This document shows, piece by piece, positions 55,825 to 64,000 of a stretch of DNA of 64,000 nt. The first letter of the stretch is position 1; every line of letters begins with the position of its first letter. Both the position numbers and the translations under genes were made by a program. Under the pieces are notes generated by a model. It worked only from the letters and a program-made list of their open reading frames with translations, did no database searches and was not told where the DNA came from. This DNA is from Macrostomum lignano (lineage: Eukaryota). The stretch is taken from contig NIVC01003799.1 of assembly GCA_002269645.1 (NCBI GenBank), positions 1 through 64,000 of the forward strand, written 5' to 3'.

Positions 55825-58703
55825 TCAGAACTCAGGCTGCGGACACCAGTTGGACTCAAAAACGAGTCGCTCAAAGACCAGCCGCTCCGGTGACCAAAGC
55901 GGAGGCGCATCCTCGGTGTCGCTCCGGTGACCCGGCATCCCGGTGTACCTGTGCGGCTCCACCGGCAGCGGCCAGATAGACAGGGCCGCCAGCCGGTCGG
56001 CATACAACCCGACAGCGTCGCTGGACCAAAAGTGCGGGCTGACGCCCGAGGCGGCAGGCAGCAGCTCATCAACAGGTAGCAGACGGTCGGGCAGCGAGCG
56101 CAGGCTGAGCAGCTTCCTGGCGCCCGACAGGCTGAGCACGTAGGCCACCGTCCAGTGTGAGTAGTTCGGCCTCACCAGCCAGCGGCTGCCCGGCACCCGG
56201 GTCTCCGCGCCCGCTAGCAGCGGCTTGCGGCCCAGGTACAGCAGATCCCAGGCGGGCAGGGCGTCGGCTTCGGCGAGCGCCGCCTCCGCCAGCGCTTCGA
56301 ATTCGGCCGACAAGTCGGCGTCGTCCTCCAGAACGATGGCGCGGGCCAGCCGGAGCCGACGAATTCGCCGCCAGACAGTCCGATGGCTCATCAGGCAGGC
56401 GGCTTCGCCCAGAGTCAGCGGCCGGCCGGTTGCGGGATCCCGGTAGCCGGGCAGCTGCCGCAGCGGTCTCCGGCGGCGTCGGCGACGAAGGCTGCGCCAG
56501 TCGACTGCGCGCACCGGCTGATAAGGCCAGCCGGCGTCCGACAGGGCGGCAGACAGGCGAGCAAGGCGCTCCGGACGGCGCGCGAGGCCAATGATAAACA
56601 CGGGCGGCGGATCCCGATGCGGATGCGGATGCGGATGCGGATGTGGATGCGGATGTGGATGCGGATGCGGATGCGGATGTGGATGCGGATGAGGATGCGG
56701 ATGCGGATATGAACGCGGATGCGGATGCGGATATGGATGTGGATGAGGATGCAGATGCGGATGTGGATGCGGATGAGGATGCGGAACAGGCGTCGCCAGC
56801 TGATCCCGCAGGTCGGTCAGCAGGCGTCGGAAGGCGCCCCGCTCCAGCAGGGCTGCGGACAGGCCGTCAATCGACTCCGGAGATGGCGGATAAAAGCCGT
56901 ACACTCGTCGGTTGTCAATGCGAGGCCGGAGCCGCCGGGCAACCCAGTAGAACAGCGGCAGGTCGTCAATGGGCCAGCTGGCCGGATAGTCGGCAGGCGG
57001 AGGGTGCAGTGCGACGTCCAGCCGGGTGCGCAGCAGCACGCAGGTGTGCAGCACGGCGGCTGGCTGCAGTCCAACCCAGCCGGGCTGGCGGGCCTGCACC
57101 CTGGCGTAGTCCCGGCCGCGCCTGTAGAATCCGTCCGGGCCGATGGCTGACCAGAAATTCGCGGCCAGAGAATTCGGCCGGCCGGTGAGCAGCAGCGGAG
57201 CGACGGCTGGGCGGCCGAGAGCGGCCAGGGCGGACAGGGTTGTCGGCTCGGTCAGCAGCGCATCGGCATCTAGCAGAAGCAGGAAGTCGAAGCCGAGTCT
57301 GGTGGCAGCAGTCAGGGCTCGCTGACGAAGGCCCAGCAGGTGGCGCATGCGGGCCTCCGGCCAATGCAGCTGGTCGGTCTCGCCAGGGTAGGAGGAGGGC
57401 TCCGTCTCCTCCTGAGAGCGGGGAAAGCAGCCAAACTCTTGTAGCGCTACTGCCAGCAGTATGGTTGGAAACTTAGGCCCCAGAATGCCTTAGAAGCTTG
57501 ACTAAGTTACGATTTGTGTGACTAGCCAAAGCTACTTAAATAATGCTCGAACTGATCAAATGCGACTCGTCTTTGGGCTACTTTAGGCCGAGTTAGCCAG
57601 ACGTAACAGCGGCTCCATTGAGAGCTCTTCTTTTAATTGGATGGCATTGGGCAGGGGGTTACTGCAGGGCCTGCGTTCATGTTGGGGTGGGTGGTGCTGG
57701 GCAGGGGGTACTGCAGGGCCTGCGTTCATGTTGGGGTGGGTGGTGCTGGGCAGGGGGTTACTGCAGGGCCTGCGTTCATGTTGGGGTGGGTGGTGCTGGG
57801 CAGGGGGTTACTGCAGGGCCTGCATTCATGTTGGGGTGGGTGGTGCTGGGCAGGGGGTTACTGCAGGGCCTGCGTTCATGTTGGGGTGGGTGGTGCTGGG
57901 CAGGGGGTACTGCAGGGCCTGCGTTCATGTTGGGGTGGGTGGTGCTGGGCAGGGGGTTACTGCAGGGCCTGCGTTCATGTTGGGGTGGGTGGTGCTGGGC
58001 AGGGGGTACTGCAGGGCCTGCGTTCATGTTGGGGTGGGTGGTGCTGGGCAGGGGGTTACTGCAGGGCCTGCGTTCATGTTGGGGTGGGTGGTGCTGGGCA
58101 GGGGGTTACTGCAGGGCCTGCGTTCATGTTGGGGTGGGTGTTGCTGGGCAGGGGGTTACTGCAGGGCCTGCGTACATGTTGGGGTGGATTATGCCTCTGT
58201 TATGCCGTTGGACTTTTGCAACCACACTATTCAATCTGTTCGGACCAGTCTCCTTCAATTATTTTCTACTCAGCGCCTAAGTTGGGTTTTATTCCCATTG
58301 CAAACAAATGGATTGCTAAGAGTTTCGCTTTCTACTTGCTGAATCATTGAGAACAGTTCCGGACTCACCACCAGCTGCACGAAGGCGTACCAGGGTCGGA
58401 GGGCTCGGCACCAGTCGGCAGCCACCGCGGCGGAGCCGTCAGAGCTGTGGTCCGTCATCAGCAGAAGACCGAGGCGACGTTTCGGGTAGCGCTGGCGCCG
58501 CAGGCAGGCCAGAGCGCGGCCCAGCGAGTGCGCCTTGTTGCGCGCCGGCACAGCCACCAGAATTGATGGCGCACTAGTTGAGGATGATGAGGCTGATAGG
58601 CTGGCTAAGGAGGCTGAGGCCAAGCCGACAGCCGCTGCGATGCAGCAAAGCAGAAGATGAGGCCAAAGCGAGAGAAGCTGAAGGAAAATGCTTGCGAATG
58701 CAT
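55825..58703 (-). CDS. COLGALT: Procollagen galactosyltransferase (GT2-like plus GT25 domains); start exon not located
   Basis: Exons 58703-58369 and 57411-55825 (phase 0 junction). Hydrophobic leader, [103 protein letters not shown]: the motif order of COLGALT1/2. Confidence 0.92.
57645..58185. repeat. 49-50-bp G-rich minisatellite in the COLGALT intron
   Basis: GTTGGGGTGGGTGGTGCTGGGCAGGGGGTTACTGCAGGGCCTGCGTTCAT units. Confidence 0.97.
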
Positions 58704-58704
58704 C

Positions 58705-59135
58705 TGAACTGTCAGAATCCTATGCTGTGTACATTTGAACTGTACAGAATCCTATGCTGTGTACATTTGAACTGTACAGAATCCTATGCTGTGTACATTT
58801 GAACTGTACAGAATCCTATGCTGTGTACATCTGAACTGTACAGAATCATATGCTGTGTACATCTGAACTGTACATAATCTTATGCTGTGTACATCTGAAC
58901 TGTACATAATCTTATGCTGTGTACATCTGAACTGTACATAATCTTATGCTGTGTACATCTGAACTGTACAGAATCATATGCTATGTACATATGAACTGTA
59001 CAGAATCCTATGCTGTGTACATCTGAACTGTACAGAATCATATGCTATGTACATATGAACTGTACAGAATCCTATGCTGTGTACATCTGAACTGTACAGA
59101 ATCCTATGCTGTGTACATCTTAACTGTACAGAAAA
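58705..59135. repeat. 32-bp minisatellite abutting the COLGALT acceptor
   Basis: TGAACTGTACAGAATCCTATGCTGTGTACATC units. Confidence 0.95.
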
Positions 59136-59437
59136 AAATATAGAAATCTAAGACGCCTCGTATCTAGAAGCAACGGTAACTTAGTATATTATTTTAAAAA
59201 ATCTTAACACTTGCTAAGGTCTAAAAATGATTTGATTTCAAGGCATGATTTTGGCTTCATTAGCAATGGTTAAATAATACTTGTTGCTAACCGGCGCTGG
59301 GAAATGCTACGGGATTCAAATGACTATATTTCTTGGTATCAAGATAAGCAAGGGTTAGAATTGATATAAATATGAAAATACTAAATTGAACTTCAAAAAG
59401 GCACTTTCTCAGCAGGACCGTTTAACTGAAAACACGT

Positions 59438-59510
59438 GGCTGCAGTGGCGCAGTGGTCTAAAACTTTTCTCTGTTGTGACAAAGGTCCAGGGCTCGAATT
59501 CAGCTATTAT
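59438..59510 (+). pseudogene. Degenerate tRNA-like sequence (tRNA pseudogene or SINE head, His-like loop)
   Basis: A-box-like TGGCGCAGTGG and B-box-like GGCTCGAATT at tRNA spacing; central TTGTGAC loop. The stems pair poorly, so this is not a functional tRNA. Confidence 0.45.
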
Positions 59511-59769
59511 CGAGAATAAATAAATTCGAGTTACAAGTTGAAATATGTTTATCAATCAACTGACTACTCAGTACGAGTAGTAGTAAAACCGTGCAACAAT
59601 GAATCATAAAAAGTCTGTCTGATTACACTCGGCAATAGCACGTGAACTAAACAGCTATAGAGCGAAAAAGCGATTGACGAGATTGGGCAAAATTTAGGGG
59701 AATAAATACTTGGGCTTGGGTATAGGGAGACTGCGCTTCAGAGTTTAATAAGTCATGGCTTGCCACCAC

Positions 59770-60160
59770 TCTACATGTACCCACCTCCTACCTTTCTACC
59801 CCACTCCCACCTGTCTACCCCACTCCCACCTGTCTACCCCACTCCCACCTGTCTACCCTACTCCCACCTGTCTACCCTACTCCCACCTGTCTACCCACTC
59901 CCACCTGTCTACCCTACTCCCACCTGTCTACCCCACTCCCACCTGTCTACCCCACTCCCACCTGTCTACCCTACTCCCACCTGTCTACCCCACTCCCACC
60001 TGTCTACCCCACTCCCACCTGTCTACCCTACTACCACCGGTCTACCCCACTCCCACCTGTCTACCCCACTCCCACCTGTCTACCATACTCTCACCTGTCT
60101 GCCCCACTCCCACCTGTCTACCCCACTCCCACCTGTCTAACCTACTCCCACCTGTCTGCT
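59770..60160. repeat. 19-20-bp C-rich repeat just 3' of the anoctamin stop
   Basis: CCCACTCCCACCTGTCTAC units. Confidence 0.95.
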
Positions 60161-60165
60161 CCAGC

Positions 60166-63013
60166 CTAATTAGTCTTCTTGACCCCGGCATCACCAGCTG
60201 CGGCCGCGGCCGTCTCGGCCAGGAACAGCCGCCTGTCCAAGGCCACCCTGACAGACGCGGGCACGTCGCTGATTGACAGGTAAATCAGAGCCCCGGCCAG
60301 CAGGATGAGGTGCTCGATGATGAAGGCCGCGGCAACCACATAGCGGCCCATGCCGGCAGCGATGATGGCCTCGGGCGCCGCGTCGGCAATCACGGAGTCG
60401 TACAGGGCGGGCAGCCAGGCCGCCAGCTGCTCGGAGGACACGCAGATGATCACCGCGTTGGTCAGCGCAGCCAGGCAGGTCTGCGCCGCCAGCACCGACT
60501 GCCAGGCCGCGGACTGGCGGGCGCCTCCCGCGGGAGCCACCGGCCGCCTTCGAGAGGGGTTTGGGAGAGCGAGAGGATTATTCGGACCGCGAATCTCCAG
60601 TCAGGAACACCAATTATCCACAGATGTAGCGAAAGTCATTAAAATCTCACCCTTTATGGTCCACAGATCCCAATTTAATCCCCAATAAGGAATCTTCACT
60701 CTCTCCGTCTGGTTTAAAGATAAATAATGGGTCACCTGGTCACAAAGCAGAGCCCCAGTGGGTCACCGGGTCACAAAGCAGGGCCCCAATGGGTCACCTG
60801 GTCACAAAGCAGAGCCCCAGTGAGTCACCTGGTCACAAAGCAGAGCCCCAATGGGTCACCTGGTCACAAAGCAGAGCCCCCAGTGGGTCACCTGGTCACA
60901 AAGCAGAGCCCCCAGTGGGTCACCTGGTCACAAAGCAGAGCCCCAGTGAGTCACCTGGTCACAAAGCAGAGCCCCCAGTAGGTCACCTGGTCACAAAGCA
61001 GAGCCCCCAGTGGGTCACCTGGTCACAAAGCAGAGCCCCCAGTGGGTCACCTGGTCACAAAGCAGAGCCCCAGTGGGTCACCTGGTCACAAAGCAGAGCC
61101 CCAGTGGGTCACCTGGTCACAAAGCAGAGCCCCAGTGGGTCACCTGGTCACAAAGCAGAGCCCCAGTGAGTCACCTGGTCACAAAGCAGAGCCCCAATGG
61201 GTCACCTGGTCACAAAGCAGAGCCCCCAGTGGGTCACCTGGTCACAAAGCAGAGCCCCAGTGGGTCACCTGGTCACAAAGCAGAGCTTGTAGGCGTCAGA
61301 CCGGGTCTCCACAGCGTTGGTGACGATGGCCAACAAGGAGGCCAGCGGGAAGGAGGAGGCGAACAGCAGGATGTAGCCATGCTGGATGCACATCTCCAGG
61401 TAGTCGTCGAACTGCTCATACTTATCGCTGGATACTTCAGCTAGCAGGGTCTTGTCCGTGACGCAATTGTCAGCCCGAGCGTCTTGAATTGAATCAACGG
61501 CGTCGCCTTCTTGAAGTGCCGGCTGCTGCTGCTGTTGCTGAGGAGGCTGCTGATCGGCGTCCGCCTTCTTGGCAGCAGCGTCGCGGAGTCGCCTGGCCCG
61601 GTCCTGGGCGAGCAGCAGGCAGTAGGGCAGCACCAGCTCGGTGGCGAGTCGGCGGAGGCAGTCGGCCACGAACAGGGTGAACAGCGCCGAGCGAAGCGCC
61701 AGCACGTCGAGCTCGTAGAAGGCCAAGTAGAGCGGGGCGGCGTAGTAGTCGAACGCCTCCAGGCAGTAGCGCTTCAGCACCTGCGGCGGGCACGGGGAAG
61801 TGTGGGTGAAGCGGGAAGTGAGTAGGTAAGAGAAAAAATATAGATAGGAGAGGACAGGGTGGATAAGGGAGGAGAGGGTGGCTAAGCGAGGAGAGGGTAG
61901 ATAAGCGAGGAGAGGGTAGATAAGCGAGGAGAGGGTTGATAAGCGAGGAGAGGGTAGATAAGTGAGGAGAGGGTAGATGATAAGCGAGGAGAGGGTAGAT
62001 AAGCAAGAATTAGATAGATAAACGAGGATAGGGTGGATAAGGAGTGGGTAGAGGAGAGGGTAGATGATAAGCGAGGAGAGGGTAGATAAGCGAGGATAGG
62101 GTGGATAAGCGAGGAGTGGGTAGATAAGCGAGGAGTGTGTAGATAAGCGAGGAGTGGGTAGATAAGCGAGGAGTGGGTAGATAAGCGAGGAGTGGGTAGA
62201 TAAGCGAGGAGAGGGTAGATAAGCGAGGAGTGGGTAGATAAGCGAGGAGTGGGTAGATAAGCGAGGAGTGGGTAGATAAGCGAGGAGTGGGTAGATAAGC
62301 GAGGAGTGGGTAGATAAGCGAGGAGTGGGTAGATAAGCGAGGATAGGGTGGATAAGCGAGGAGTGGGTAGATAAGCGAGGAGTGTGTAGATAAGCGAGGA
62401 GTGGGTAGATAAGCGAGGAGTGGGTAGATAAGCGAGGAGTGGGTAGATAAGCGAGGAGTGGGTATATAAGCGAGGAGTGGGTAGATAAGCGAGGAGTGGG
62501 TAGATAAGCGAGGAGTGGGTAGATGATAAGCGAGGAGTGGGTAGATAAGCGAGGAGGGGGTAGATAAGATAAGACGCTACCTGTGCTAAACCTTGCTAAA
62601 GAGTAGAATATAAAAAGTGCGGTAGTGCAGAAGCAGTGAAGAGTGGCCCCAAAACCTCCCCAAGCTGCCCACCCACCAGAGCGGACTCGTGCTCGGCCAC
62701 GGTGGGATGATTCTCCCATTTAGTCAGAGCCTCGGCCACCCGGCGGAACAGCAGGCGGTTGAGCACGAAGACGCCGGCGGAGTGCAGCACGGCGGCCAGG
62801 GTAGCTCGCCAGGCGCAGGTGCGGTCGAAGACGCGGCCGGGGCCGGCCTGAGCCGCCAGTACGGCGATGTGGAAGGGGTTGGTGTATTTGAACCTGTGCA
62901 CCGGCTCCACCATGCCCTGCAGATTCAGGCTGCACACGGTGTAAGCCAGTGCCACTAGCAGCATAGCAACGGTTGCTATGCCCGAGCAGGTCTGCTTCAG
63001 ACGGCGGCGCCAT
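60166..63013 (-). CDS. Anoctamin/TMEM16 (ANO10/TMEM16K-like), last three exons; 5' part beyond the window
   Basis: Exons 63013-62677, 61780-61269, 60547-60166 (phases 0 and 2 match). Motifs LTKWENHPT, YEQFDDYLEMCIQHGYILLFASSFPLASLLAIVTNAVETRSDAYKL, RRP, and FIIEHL are anoctamin hallmarks. Confidence 0.92.
60726..61287 (-). repeat. 31-32-bp minisatellite built from the anoctamin exon end plus its donor
   Basis: Sense-strand unit CTCTGCTTTGTGACCAG|GTGACCCACTGGG(G); ~18 copies. Confidence 0.97.
61850..62575. repeat. 19-bp intronic minisatellite
   Basis: GTAGATAAGCGAGGAGTGG units. Confidence 0.95.
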
Positions 63014-63054
63014 CTGTTTTTGTAGAATAAAATGCTATTCAAATTATTTCAGTG

Positions 63055-64000
63055 TTTGAATCTGCCTCTCCGCTCTCCCTCAGTGCTTGAATCTGCCTCA
63101 CCGCTCTCCCTCAGTGCTTGAATCTGCCTCTGCGCTCTCCCTCAGTGCTTGAATCTGCCTCTGCGCTCTCCCTCAGTGCTTGAATCTGCCTCACCGCTCT
63201 CCCTCAGTGCTTGAATCTGCCTCACCGCTCTCCCTCAGTGCTTGGATCTGCCTCTCCGCTCTCCCTCAGTGCTTGAATCTGCCTCACCGCTCTCCCTCAG
63301 TGCTTGGATCTGCCTCTCCGCTCTCCCCCAGTGCTTGGATCTGCCTCTCCGCTCTCCCTCAGTGCTTGAATCTGCCTCTCCGCTCTCATTCAGTGCTTGA
63401 ATCTGCCTCTCCGCTCTCATTCAGTGCTTTGATCTGCCTCTCCGCTCTCCCCCAGTGCTTGGATCTGCCTCTCCGCTCTCATTCAGTGCTTGGATCTGCC
63501 TCTCCGCTCTCCCTCAGTGCTTGGATCTGCCTCTCCGCTCTCATTCAGTGCTTGAATCTGCCTCTCCGCTCTCCCCCAGTGCTTGGATCTGCCTCTCCGC
63601 TCTCATTCAGTGCTTGAATCTGCCTCTCCGCTCTCATTCAGTGCTTGGATCTGCCTCTCCGCTCTCCCTCAGTGCTTGGATCTGCCTCTCCGCTCTCATT
63701 CAGTGCTTGGATCTGCCTCTCCGCTCTCCCCCAGTGCTTGAATCTGCCTCTCCGCTCTCATTCAGTGCTTGAATCTGCCTCTCCGCTCTCATTCAGTGCT
63801 TGAATCTGCCTCTCCGCTCTCCCTCAGTGCTTGGATCTGCCTCTCCGCTCTCATTCAGTGCTTGGATCTGCCTCTCCGCTCTCCCCCAGTGCTTGGATCT
63901 GCCTCTCCGCTCTCATTCAGTGCTTGAATCTGCCTCTCCGCTCTCATTCAGTGCTTGAATCTGCCTCTCCGCTCTCCCTCAGTGCTTGGATCTGCCTCAC
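63055..64000. repeat. 31-bp intronic minisatellite running off the right edge
   Basis: TG(A/G)ATCTGCCTCTCCGCTCTC(A/C)(T/C)TCAGTGCT units. Confidence 0.97.

Noticed and set aside
59770-62575. Inverted pairing between the two 19-bp arrays around the anoctamin 3' exons
   Set aside because: They share only CCACTCC and TCTAC; too diverged to support a stable duplex or common origin.

Overview
Eukaryotic, intron-rich animal DNA with GC-rich exons, AT-rich spacers and a different minisatellite in most introns. The style suggests a flatworm such as Macrostomum; this is inference, not proof. I assembled nine spliced genes by hand from GT-AG junctions with consistent reading phase. On the + strand: a rabenosyn-like degenerate FYVE protein, a DUSP19-like phosphatase, an orphan 2-TM protein, a nicotinic-type Cys-loop subunit with an anion-type Pro-Ala M2 motif, and CAMK4. 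On the - strand: ANKDD1, a procollagen galactosyltransferase (COLGALT) with a His-Pro repeat insert, a partial anoctamin, and a GluR0/AvGluR1-like channel. That channel is the standout: a split periplasmic-binding-protein ligand domain wrapped around an intact TTVGYGD potassium pore, plus a third TM helix on a separate exon. A second theme is intronic tandem arrays built from duplicated exon/5'-splice-site junctions, in the nAChR and anoctamin genes. Most ORFs in the supplied track are artefacts of tandem repeats. No CRISPR array, rRNA or intact transposase was found.
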